From: Tubiluchus corallicola
Lineage: Eukaryota > Animalia > Priapulida
Direction of reading: 5' to 3'
Length of the DNA: 14,421 bases
NCBI GenBank assembly: GCA_030141605.1
Contig: JAQGDQ010000647.1
Coordinates: 1-14,421 of the forward strand
Shown here: in pieces, positions 1 through 9,858 of the stretch
Numbering within the stretch: position 1 is the stretch's first letter
How the letters are laid out: every line of letters starts with the position of its first letter
The notes under the pieces: generated by a model
Database searches by the model: none
What the model was told of the DNA's origin: nothing
Seen by the model: the letters and a program-made list of their open reading frames with translations, nothing else
Translations under genes and position numbers: made by a program

Positions 1-715
1 GGAGTTTGGAAGTGATTTCAAACAATGTTTCAATAGCAATATGCCATATGTCATCGTCCATCCTTCACGTGTAGCCCATTTCGTAAGCCATGTCATCTTC
101 CATCCTCCGTGTGGCACACGTTGTAAGCCATATGTCATCGTCCATCCTTCACGTGTAGCCCATTTCGTAAGCCATCTTCCGTCCTTTCAAAAGGGCACAC
201 GTTGTAGTCATAAATATCTTCCGTCCTCTGTGTGGCACACGTTAAAGTCATGTCATCTCTCCGTCCCATGCGGCACACATTGTGTCATAAAATACGTCCA
301 TCCTTCATGTGTAGCCCATTTCGTATCCATGCATCACCCTTCCCGTCCTCTGTGGGAGAATAACACATTGTAAGCCATGTTATCTTCCGTCCTCCGTGTG
401 GGCACACGTTGTAGTCATATGTCATCGTCCTCACGTGTACCATTTCGCCTCCGTCCTTTCCGTAGGCACGGCAATACGTCCCCTCCTACGTAGCCTGTTA
501 CGCTTCCGTCCTCCGTGTGCCACACGGAGGACGGAAGATGACATGGCTTACGATGTGGGCCACACGAAGGATGGAAGATGACATATGGCTTACAACGTGT
601 GCCACACGGAGGACGGAAGATGACATGGCTTACGAAATGGGCTACACGTGAAGGATGGACGATGACATATGGCATATTGCTATTGAAACATTGTTTGAAA
701 TCACTTCCAAACTCC
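1..715. repeat. Foldback / inverted duplication made of 40-42 bp satellite units plus unique flank (may extend left of the window)
   Basis: 1-139 is the reverse complement of 577-715 with one mismatch (position 102), including ~40 nt of non-satellite sequence (1-40 / 676-715). Unit orientation flips at a perfect 17-bp hairpin, CTTCCGTCCTCCGTGTG-c-CACACGGAGGACGGAAG (503-537). Units at ~175-500 are strongly degenerate. Confidence 0.9.
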
Positions 716-951
716 CATTTCACATTGCCTGTTATTGTAAATGGATCTACGCTGTTTGTTCACACTTTTGTTTCTAACTGCACGGCATTATGTAAGATAA
801 AGAAACTGGACTCAAGTAGTTGGCTCACTTTCAATTAGATAAAATAACTAGATTGCAGTAAGAAAACTGATTCACATCTCCACCAAAAGCAGATTATAGC
901 AAAACCGCTAAAACGATTGTTATTTAAACAGAGCAAGGAGGCAACCGTGGC

Positions 952-3437
952 GCCACATGGAGGACGGAAAATGGCATATGGCTTACAATGTGTGCGACAT
1001 GAAGGACGGAAGATGGCATATGGCTTGCAATGTGTGCGACATGAAGGACGGAAGATGACATATGGCTTACAATGTGTGCGACATGAAGGACAGAAGATGA
1101 CACATGGCTTACAATGTGTGCGACATGAAGGACGGAAGATGGCATATGGCTTACAATGTGTGCGACATGAAGGACGGAAGATGGCATATGGCTTGCAATG
1201 TGTGCGACATGAAGGACGGAAGATGACACATGGCTTAAACACAAAACAAAGCATATGGCTTACAATGTGTGCGACATGAAGGACGGAAGATGGCATATGG
1301 CTTACAATGTGTGCGACATGAAGGACGGAAGATGGCATATGGCTTACAATGTGTGCGACATGAAGGACGGAAGATGGCATATGGCTTACAATGTGTGCGA
1401 CATGAAGGACGGAAGATGACACATGGCTTACAATGTGTGCGACATGAAGGACGGAAGATGGCATATGGCTTACAATGTGTGCGACATGAAGGACGGAAGA
1501 TGGCATATGGCTTGCAATGTGTGCGACATGAAGGACGGAAGATGGCATATGGCTTACAATGTGTGCGACATGAAGGACAGAAGATGGCATATGGCTTACA
1601 ATGTGTGCGACATGAAGGACGGAAGATGACATATGGCTTACAATGTGTGCGACATGAAGGACGGAAGATGGCATATGGCTTACAATGTGTGCCACATGAA
1701 GGACGGAAGATGGCATATGGCTTGCAATGTGTGCCACATGAAGGACGGAAGATGGCATATGGCTTACAATGTGTGCGACATGAAGGACGGAAGATGGCAT
1801 ATGGCTTGCAATGTGTGCGACATGAAGGACGGAAGATGGCATATGGCTTACAATGTGTGCGACATGAAGGACGGAAGATGGCATATGGCTTACAATGTGT
1901 GCGACATGAAGGACGGAAGATGGCATATGGCTTACAATGTGTGCGACATGAAGGACGGAAGATGGCATATGGCTTACAATGTGTGCGACATGAAGGACGG
2001 AAGATGGCATATGGCTTACAATGTGTGCGACATGAAGGACGGAAGATGGCATATGGCTTACAATGTGTGCGACATGAAGGACGGAAGATGGCATATGGCT
2101 TACAATGTGTGCGACATGAAGGACGGAAGATGGCATATGGCTTACAATGTGTGCGACATGAAGGACGGAAGATGGCATATGGCTTACAATGTGTGCGACA
2201 TGAAGGACGGAAGATGGCATATGGCTTACAATGTGTGCGACATGAAGGACGGAAGATGGCATATGGCTTACAATGTGTGCGACATGAAGGACGGAAGATG
2301 GCATATGGCTTGCAATGTGTGCGACATGAAGGACGGAAGATGACACATGGCTTACAATGTGTGCGACATGAAGGACGGAAGATGGCATATGGCTTACAAT
2401 GTGTGCGACATGAAGGACGGAAGATGGCATATGGCTTACAATGTGTGCGACATGAAGGACGGAAGATGACACATGGCTTACAATGTGTGCGACATGAAGG
2501 ACGGAAGATGGCCTATGGCTTACAATGTGTGCGACATGAAGGACGGAAGATGGCATATGGCTTGCAATGTGTGCGACATGAAGGACGGAAGATGGCATAT
2601 GGCTTACAATGTGTGCGACATGAAGGACGGAAGATGGCATATGGCTTACAATGTGTGCGACATGAAGGACGGAAGATGGCATATGGCTTACAATGTGTGC
2701 GACATGAAGGACGGAAGATGGCATATGGCTTACAATGTGTGCGACATGAAGGACGGAAGATGGCATATGGGTTACAATGTGTGCGACATGAAGGACGGAA
2801 GATGGCATATGGCTTACAATGTGTGCGACATGAAGGACGGAAGATGGCATATGGCTTACAATGTGTGCGACATGAAGGACGGAAGATGGCATATGGCTTA
2901 CAATGTGTGCGACATGAAGGACGGAAGACGGCATATGGCTTACAATGTGTGCGACATGAAGGACGGAAGATGGCATATGGCTTACAATGTGTGCGACATG
3001 AAGGACGGAAGATGGCATATGGCTTGCAATGTGTGCGACATGAAGGACGGAAGATGACACATGGCTTACAATGTGTGCGACATGAAGGACGGAAGATGGC
3101 ATATGGCTTACAATGTGTGCGACATGAAGGACGGAAGATGGCATATGGCTTGCAATGTGTGCGACATGAAGGACGGAAGATGACACATGGCTTACAATGT
3201 GTGCGACATGAAGGACGGAAGATGGCATATGGCTTACAATGTGTGCGACATGAAGGTCGGAAGATGGCATATGGCTTGCAATGTGTGCGACATGAAGGAC
3301 GGAAGATGACATATGGCTTGCAATGTGTGCGACATGAAGGACGGAAGATGACATATGGCTTACAATGTGTGCCACATGAAGGACGGAAGATGGCATATGG
3401 CTTACAATGTGTGCCACATGAAGGACGGAAGATGACA
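952..3437. repeat. 42-bp minisatellite, ~59 near-identical copies (intronic)
   Basis: Unit ATATGGCTTACAATGTGTGCGACATGAAGGACGGAAGATGGC repeated head-to-tail with few point variants and one A-rich interruption at ~1238-1250. Confidence 0.98.
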
Positions 3438-3538
3438 TTATGTCTTACGCATTATAGATTACGCCTTTTATGTGTGACACAGGCCTAACAGACATATTGT
3501 GTCATTTTTCTATTCCATAATATTCAAGCTTTTCCTAC

Positions 3539-3640
3539 CTTATCAATTCTTTTACAATACTTTCTTGTATTTTCTGCCATATTTCACTCCGATTTCCCAA
3601 TTGTTTATGTGCTAAGTATCGCCAAAATGTTCTTAACGTC
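3539..3640 (-). CDS. TTLL4-like: TTLL4/5-like ATP-grasp ligase, internal coding exon F (102 nt, phase 2 to 2)
   Basis: Acceptor ctactttcag|G, donor AG|gtagga. Reads (W)TLRTFWRYLAHKQLGNRSEIWQKIQESIVKELI(S/R), matching the TTLL 'WSL..LW.YL...G....IW..I.DIIVKTLIS' segment. Phase fits exon E. Orthology not established. Confidence 0.9.
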
Positions 3641-3761
3641 CTGAAAGTAGCTTAATATATAAATGACTGGGAAAACATGAACTCTAGAGACCACGTAAAT
3701 GGTGCAAACACAACTTGAGAAAGGAGTCTAGATACTTTGGAATAATCGTGCTATCAAATAA

Positions 3762-4293
3762 AGCAAAACTGGGCTCAATGTTAAACGGTAGGTCAAAACA
3801 ATCTACTCTTTAAAATATTGAAAGGAAACGTGCTATTTTTTTTCAAAAATGATTTACGTGAAAGAATTATTACCACACAAACACAATTTTGTGTTCGCGC
3901 CACTAGTTCTCCACTGTTACACGCATTTTGCCATTCGCTAGTTAGGCAGGCACTATCGCCTGCATTTCGGGAACGCGTTGTACAAAAATAGTTGCTGTAC
4001 CTGTCAGTTCAGATCTCATAGTCTGTGGCGAACTGCACACGTTCGACACCTCATGCGTGAGCACAGCGATAAATTTGAAATTTGAGACTTAACACTTACC
4101 TGGTTTAGTACAACATACTGAATATGTTACAGTTGCACTGTACTTCAATTTTCTCTTTCGCAAACACGTGCAAGACGTTCGTGGAATATTTTTGATGTTG
4201 AAAATTATGTCAGTTTTTGATGTCATCAATAGTTGGGCTCGCATTTATCAGACTTGAAAATGGGGTGCTATATAAAAATCATCCCGTCTTCCT
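3762..4293 (-). mobile_element. Non-autonomous TTAA-flanked DNA transposon (Kolobok-like), copy 1
   Basis: Reverse-complement homologous end-to-end with 10923-11586. Ends ...CTTCCT|TTAA (4294-4297) and ATAA|AGCAAAACTGG (3758-3761 flank). Degenerate TIR AGCAAAACTGG vs AGGAAGACGGG (8/11). TTAA TSD with purine-purine termini is the Kolobok signature. Strand is relative to copy 2. Confidence 0.6.
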
Positions 4294-4374
4294 TTAATAA
4301 TGTCTTCAGAAACTATCAGTATTGATAACTGTAAACAACACCACATTCTGTTACTGTCAATGTGACGAACTCAC

Positions 4375-4500
4375 CACGCATGCTCAAACACTGGACTAAA
4401 GGCAAGCTTCTGTTCATGTTTATCTTTATTCCATTTATTAACATCTAAGTTGGTGAAATGCACGAACTTGTTTTTGACATCAGCATCTTTGCTGGAGTAT
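4375..4500 (-). CDS. TTLL4-like: TTLL4/5-like ligase, internal coding exon E (126 nt, phase 2 to 2)
   Basis: Acceptor tctctttcag|A, donor TG|gtgagt. Reads (K)YSSKDADVKNKFVHFTNLDVNKWNKDKHEQKLAFSPVFEHA(W) and contains the HLTNxxxNK-type motif (HFTNLDVNK). Confidence 0.93.
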
Positions 4501-4669
4501 CTGAAAGAGAAACGAGTCACAAACGAGTCACGAGTTACAACAGTTTCCTTCTTAGTTGAGCATTTAGGTTTGCAAAATGTGTGCAACGTTTTACTTGCTG
4601 AAATTTCTATCGTCAGCCTCAAGGACTGATCTTTTCATATTTTTCTTTCCCATTTTTGTGTATGGTGAT

Positions 4670-4993
4670 TTAGCTCCTCATGGACCGCACCATTCAAAAT
4701 AAATGAGGAGTTAAAGCATAAAGAGTTAAATGAGGTTTTCTGCTACTGTATGAACACAGACATAACTAAATGATTACAAATTAAGCACTGTTCTATTCAG
4801 GAGAATCTCGGCTATCCAATCATGCTATTTGTTTAAGCGTTTATAAGTGATTTAATTGGGTAAAATTAAGTACACCCTTTCGGGCACTCCATCTTAGCCT
4901 ATTGAGTAGTTTAGTCTGGTGTACACTTGCGTAACCGTACACATTATCTTATTCATCGCCTGTTTACTCCAGCCCAAGAGAACCGTCTGCTGC
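4670..4993 (+). repeat. Dispersed repeat (unclassified TE fragment), copy 1
   Basis: Same-orientation homology with ~8334-8653, e.g. TTTTCTGCTACTGTATGA..ACAGACATAACTAAATGATTACAAATTA.GCACTGTTCTATTCAGGAGAATCT at 4736 and 8386. Ends approximate. Confidence 0.85.
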
Positions 4994-5400
4994 ACCTTTT
5001 TCGTCAAAAATCAATCTTTAATTTGTCTAAGATAAGCAAATGCATTTCATTTATAATTTTGCATGAAAATGCGTTGTGTGGGGAGTAGAAACCTACGAAA
5101 ATTGTCAAATGTAACGTAATCGTTGCTTAGTGAGAGCAGTTTTTCATGAACCATTGCAAAATGCAGCAAACGCTTAAGGTTCTAAAGGAGTTAAGACAAG
5201 TGACGAAGTCAGAGTCTGCTGCAGAAACTGTTATATGCAGTCCTTGTAAGTTTTCCTCACGTTTAGAAAAGTCCAACAAGTGCACATTTTCCATCATTTT
5301 AATGGAATTTATCCTTATACATTTTGTTAAATGTTATTAAAATGTTATGCCATTTGTTATTAGAAGAAACTTTCCTTTTTCAAATCTGCTACTCCAAAGC

Positions 5401-5891
5401 CTACTTATCTACGGCCATATCACGTTGAAAACACCGGTTCTCGTCTGATCACCGAAGTTAAGCAACGTACAGCCTGGTTAGTACTTGGATGGGTGACCGC
5501 TTAGATATACCAGGTGCTGTACAAGGTGCACAAGCAGCCAACGGCTAGAGGGCAGAGTAGGTCAAGTGACCCAACGGCTATGTGTAGAGGAGTAAACCTT
5601 CCAAATCAGGAGTGGAGCCCCGAAGGCAGACCAGTGCAGCATGCTCACTGACTCCGGCAGCTCCTGCAGCCAACCCGGTGCCAAACGTATCGCTCCGCTT
5701 TTCTTTGGACTACACCACGGAGGAAGAGAGGGGGTTCCTGTTGTCTGGACAACTCAGGATCTCCATACACCTTGCCCAGGCAGTGCGGCGTGGAGAGGCC
5801 ACTCCAGTGGTTCAAGGAGCTCCATCAATGTGATCAATAACTGACTCTCTGGGCGCACATATCATTGTCTTCCGAGACAGAAGGATGCCAG
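5401..5891 (+). mobile_element. 5S rRNA-headed retroposon (SINE3-like or 5S/LINE chimera) with 11-bp target-site duplication
   Basis: Direct repeat TACTCCAAAGC at 5390-5400 and 5892-5902 encloses a 5S-derived head and a ~370-bp GC-richer body. No poly(A) tail. Antisense to the host gene. Confidence 0.7.
5407..5522 (+). pseudogene. 5S rRNA: 5S rRNA-derived sequence (pseudogene / SINE head)
   Basis: ATCTACGGCCATATCACGTTGAAAACACCGGTTCTCGTCTGATCACCGAAGTTAAGCAACG...GTACTTGGATGGGTGACCGC...GGTGCTGTA follows invertebrate 5S rRNA. Box A AGTTAAGC at +50 (5456) and box C TGGATGGGTGACC at +80 (5486) are retained. The 3' stem I is broken and no oligo-T terminator follows. Confidence 0.92.
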
Positions 5892-6225
5892 TACTCCAAA
5901 GCAGAAAGTGTTAGACAAAAGGTGGCCGAAGAAAAATGAATGGTGCCCATCATTGACCACTAACATTGTAGATTGTAGAAGCTAAAGATATGTCAGTTGG
6001 ATGTTAGCTAATAAGGGGTTCCGGAGATGTAACGTTCTGAAAAAACAAAATTAAGAGAGGAAACAGGACGGTGGGAGCAGCTGATAAGAGAAAGAACGTA
6101 TTTAATATGTGATACAGCAACAGTAGCAAGTGTAGAACATTTTTTGTTTGATTGTTTTGCACTTAAAGACTTAAGGAGAAAATAAGGTTACAGTAATAGA
6201 AATGGTGGACTAATGGAACTTGTTC

Positions 6226-6969
6226 AATGGAGCCAAGCAGGGATAATTGTATCTTGGATTTAGTCGATGCTAGAAAGGCACTAATATTGAAGTAACTATT
6301 GCAGGCAGAAGTGTTGGGGCATTTGATGGACAGTAGTCTAAATAGTGTGTACGTGTATCACACCTGTTTGGCACTGTGAATGTAAAATTGTTAGAGTTTC
6401 TTAAATGGAGTCAAGCAGGAAAGATTGTGTTAGGTTTAGCCAAGAGTAGAAACAGGCTGAAGTTGAAGTAGCTATTGCAGGCAGAAGTGTTGGGGCATTT
6501 GATGGACAGTAGTCTAAATATTCTGTTTGTGTAACACACCTGTTTGGCACTGTGAATGTAAAATTGTTAGAGTTTCTTAAATGGAGTCAAGCAGGAACGA
6601 TGGCACTGTGAATGTAAAATTGTTAGAGTTTCTTAAATGGAGTCAAGCAGGAAAGATTGTGTTAGGTTTAGCCAAGAGTAGAAACAGGCTGAAGTTGAAG
6701 TAGCTATTGCAGGCAGAAGTGTTGGGGCATTTGATGGACAGTAGTCTAAATAGTGTGTATGTGTATCACACCTGTCTGGCACTGTGAATGTAAAATTGTT
6801 AGAGTTTCTTAAATGGAGTCAAGCAGGGAAGATTGTGTTAGGTTTAGCCAAGAGTAGAAACAGGCTGAAGTTGAGCTATTGCAGGCAGAAGTGTTAGGAC
6901 ATTTGATGTACAGTAGTCTAAATATTCTGTTTGTGTAACACACCTGTTTGGTATGTGAATGTAAAATTT
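6226..6969. repeat. ~176-bp tandem repeat, ~4 copies plus a 56-bp partial copy
   Basis: TGGCACTGTGAATGTAAAATTG recurs at 6369, 6545, 6601 and 6777, and diverged at 6949. A degenerate first copy starts at ~6226. Confidence 0.93.
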
Positions 6970-7030
6970 ACGATACACTTATAGATACAATAAAAATACG
7001 ATACAATACAGTATAGAAAGGTGTCCATAC

Positions 7031-7159
7031 TTGGCGCTGGCTATACAAGCGAGTCCATTTTCATGAATGTAAATTCTCAGTGGTTGTAATGACGTCACAT
7101 AAACGTACAATCTCAGATGAAACTTGTATCCTTCAATGAGCAGTGGATTACTGATGTAC
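7031..7159 (-). CDS. TTLL4-like: TTLL4/5-like ligase, internal coding exon D (129 nt, phase 2 to 2)
   Basis: Acceptor gtgatttcag|G, donor AA|gtatgg. Reads (R)[42 protein letters not shown](K), the TTL-family 'YI.NPLLI.G.KFDLR.YV.VTS..PLR.Y....GL.RFA' core. Confidence 0.95.
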
Positions 7160-7973
7160 CTGAAATCACAAACGCTACTCTTGTAGTACCAATATTAAAA
7201 CAATAAATGAATAAATGTAAGATAATATCAATAAAAACTTATATCAAACTTTTATACATTTACAATCAAAATAGATAGACAACAGCTGAATGACAAAGTA
7301 TAATAGAAATTTACGTGATCAGTACAGCTCTTTATATTTCCGACAGAGTGGTAAAAAAATCCAGTCACAACAACTATTGAGTTAATTCACAGTATTTAAC
7401 ACAGTATGTATGATAATATCAACAAAAACATATATCAAACTTGTATTTGAATTCACAAATAATGATTAAAAACAAGGATCTAACTTATATTCATATATGG
7501 CACATATGGCTTCAGGGAAGTCTCCTGCACATAGACCGTGTTAACAATAAGCAGGCCGGTCAAGGATTTGCCTTGCAAGCCCAGCAGCAGATGATCGAAC
7601 CAAAAAATTAAAATATGAGCAAAAACTTTAAAAACAAAGTAAACCTTGGTCGATCTTGATCCAGCATCTGTGGCTATTTAACACATCTATAAATAACAGC
7701 CAAAAACAAACAATTTCCATTGCATGTCCCAAATAAAAAAATCGAAATTTGCGCAAATTGTGCAGATTATTCTGACAGAAGGAAATTAATAAAATCTCAT
7801 TCTCAATAATAGAATTCAGAAACAGAACGATTGGGTAAAATATATTCACATCACAAAACTGATTTGTTTCTAAGCAACCTAAGTCTCCATGGATGAAATG
7901 TTCCTGCCGTCTTGTCATCAACAAAAGCCACAAAGCGTTTCGATACCTATAATTAATTTTGTTTTATTAATAT

Positions 7974-8241
7974 TGTTACGGGGGCGAAATGCCATTTATT
8001 TTCGGCCCACCCCTCTACATTGTAGTGATCTCGATGATACGAAGCCATTGCGTAGTGGCGTCGAATACCAGGTATAAAACCGTGACTGTGGAATGGCTTT
8101 GTTGGTTCAACACCTGCTCGGTGAAGATAACCGGTATGGAACACAATGGATTGGATGTCTGGCGAGTTTCACTTTTCCTACTTTTTACGTTTTGTTCACA
8201 AGTACGTAGTCACGTATAAGCACCATCTGCTCAACGTTACA
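7974..8241 (-). mobile_element. Possible solo LTR (Gypsy/BEL-like), 268 bp
   Basis: TG...CA termini with imperfect inverted ends (TGTTACG / CGTTACA). Flanks ATAT/ATGT are a 3-of-4 TSD match. GC-richer than surroundings. The minus strand ends AATAAA-TGGCATTTCGCCCCCGTAACA. Orientation is uncertain because TATAAAA lies on + at 8073. Confidence 0.4.
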
Positions 8242-8333
8242 ATGTGAATATTTTGCTCTGAGTTTGAAATTTTTATTATTGCTGAGAATTCCCAAAGCTA
8301 ATCTGTTTCTAATTTCGCACAGTGACACTGGTG

Positions 8334-8653
8334 TTAACTTCTTCAGGATCGCACCGATCAAATTAGGTCTTATAAGATCTATGACTTTTCTGCTACTGTA
8401 TGAGTACAGACATAACTAAATGATTACAAATTAGGCACTGTTCTATTCAGGAGAATCTTGGCTATCCAATCTTGCTATTTGTTTAAACATTTATGAGTGA
8501 TTTAATTGGATAAAATTAAGAAAACCACACCCTCTTCGAGCACTACAGCTTAGCTTATTGAGTAGCTTAGTCTGGTGTACACTTGCGTGATCGCACACAA
8601 TAATTTATTGATCGCCTGCTTGGTACAGTCCAAGCTGTGCAGTGTTCTGCTGC
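8334..8653 (+). repeat. Dispersed repeat (unclassified TE fragment), copy 2
   Basis: Direct homolog of 4670-4993, located in a different intron. Ends approximate. Confidence 0.85.
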
Positions 8654-9130
8654 TATTCCGGGAAAAAAACAACCGATCAGCCAAGGACAAATTAAGGTCG
8701 TTTCATCATTTGTTAACAGGAATTTTTCTTTAAAAATATAGTCGATTCGAGGCCAAATTTGAGGCAGTTGAAAATTTCTGTTTTAGCCGATTTTACACAA
8801 GTGATACTGTACATTGCTACAGTGCAAACACTGCAGTAACTTTGCCGAAGGACTTTATTTAGAAGACTTAATAGGTTCAATCGATTAATTGGGTCAAAAC
8901 ACTTCGGTCCCAAAGCGAGTCTATTAAGCGGTGCCTACGGTACTATATGGTTTGCAATAATCGAGTACAATATTCGCGTATCGTAGGTCTATGATTCGAT
9001 ACGAGATCTATAATTAATGCCGTGTTATGCTAATAGTCTAGGTGTTTTCAACTCTGCGGCCGATTTCGTGACGTAAAACTGATTCAAGGAAGTGATATAG
9101 ATATAGAAACAAAAGATCTATCTCACCAAC

Positions 9131-9210
9131 CTTTGAATGACGACAGGTTCATTTGGGATCGGACTACCGTTGCTCAAAACTGATACACCTCTCCCACCGA
9201 ACTTGGCGTA
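9131..9210 (-). CDS. TTLL4-like: TTLL4/5-like ligase, internal coding exon C (80 nt, phase 0 to 2)
   Basis: Acceptor atgtactcag|TAC, donor AG|gttggt. Reads YAKFGGRGVSVLSNGSPIPNEPVVIQ(R), completing the ATP-grasp KPxxxxxGxG loop and the 'VVIQ(K/R)YI' motif across both junctions. Confidence 0.92.
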
Positions 9211-9858
9211 CTGAGTACATGAAATGTGAAAACAGGAGAATAATCAAAAATTCTTAGAAATATAAGTGAAGAGAAGCAAGGAAATTGCTATTGGCCAAAA
9301 CGACAAATTATTATTTTGTGTTTAAAACATTTTTTGCATTATACCTTTCCGGCATGGTGCACAAAAGTAACAATCTTGCAGTTATTCAAACTTAATTCAA
9401 ACATTATTACATTAATTCAAACAACAACTGGTTGATAATGTTTTTGACGTGGTCAGAAACTGAAGATTTTGCAAGCAATAGTTGTAGAATTGAGCCTTCA
9501 AAAGACACCAGCCTTTCACTTCAAGCTATAATTTATCTATAGGTCAAAGGTCAAACGTCAATCAATCTTCTGTCAAGTTATGTCACTCAATTCACCTCAT
9601 TAAGATCTTTCATTTGATGTGGTACAACTACAAATACTTGTGGAAAAAATTAAAAACCCAAAAGCCGTGGGAGTTGATTCTGACTGACGCCCACTGCCCT
9701 CCATCCCTTGACCAGAGGTCAGAGGTCAGTGGCGTAGCTAGAGCTTGCAGCACTTGGGTTTGGTGACCCCTACCATGGAAATGTTTACGTAAGGAAACTT
9801 ATATTTGTAAAATTCAACAATGTTTCCTCCCAGTTGCCCACACTGTAGTGCTTGTTTC

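Noticed and set aside
716-950. Next downstream TTLL exon (expected 'FEL.GFD...WLLEVN')
   Set aside because: The candidate AG...GTGAG intervals examined contain in-frame stops and no such motif is present. The exon is probably outside the window.
952-3437. CRISPR array
   Set aside because: Units are head-to-tail with no unique spacers, there are no cas genes, and the context is eukaryotic. The same applies to the 37-bp and 30-bp arrays.
835-3488. 867-aa, 739-aa and other repetitive ORFs on both strands
   Set aside because: They result from a 42-bp (multiple of 3) unit lacking stops in several frames. They are open on both strands, lie in an intron of the TTLL gene, and have no non-repetitive domain.
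5407-5522. Functional 5S rRNA gene
   Set aside because: Single copy in an intron, with 3' substitutions, a broken terminal stem, no T-run terminator, and enclosed in a TSD-flanked insertion.
5612-5844. 73-aa and 67-aa ORFs in the SINE body
   Set aside because: Short, non-ATG or overlapping, with no recognisable domain. Expected in GC-richer repeat sequence.
7494-7512. CATATGGCACATATGGCTT resembling the 42-bp satellite core
   Set aside because: Only ~10 nt of identity, compatible with chance.
8860-8942. pogo/Tigger-like right end (GGTCCCAAAGCGAGTCTATTAAGCGG...TA)
   Set aside because: No matching left TIR was found, so element boundaries cannot be supported.
9727-9845. hAT-type MITE starting CAGTGGCGTAGCTAG
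   Set aside because: The left end looks like a hAT TIR, but the right end (...CCCACACTG) matches poorly and there is no 8-bp TSD. At most a decayed fragment.
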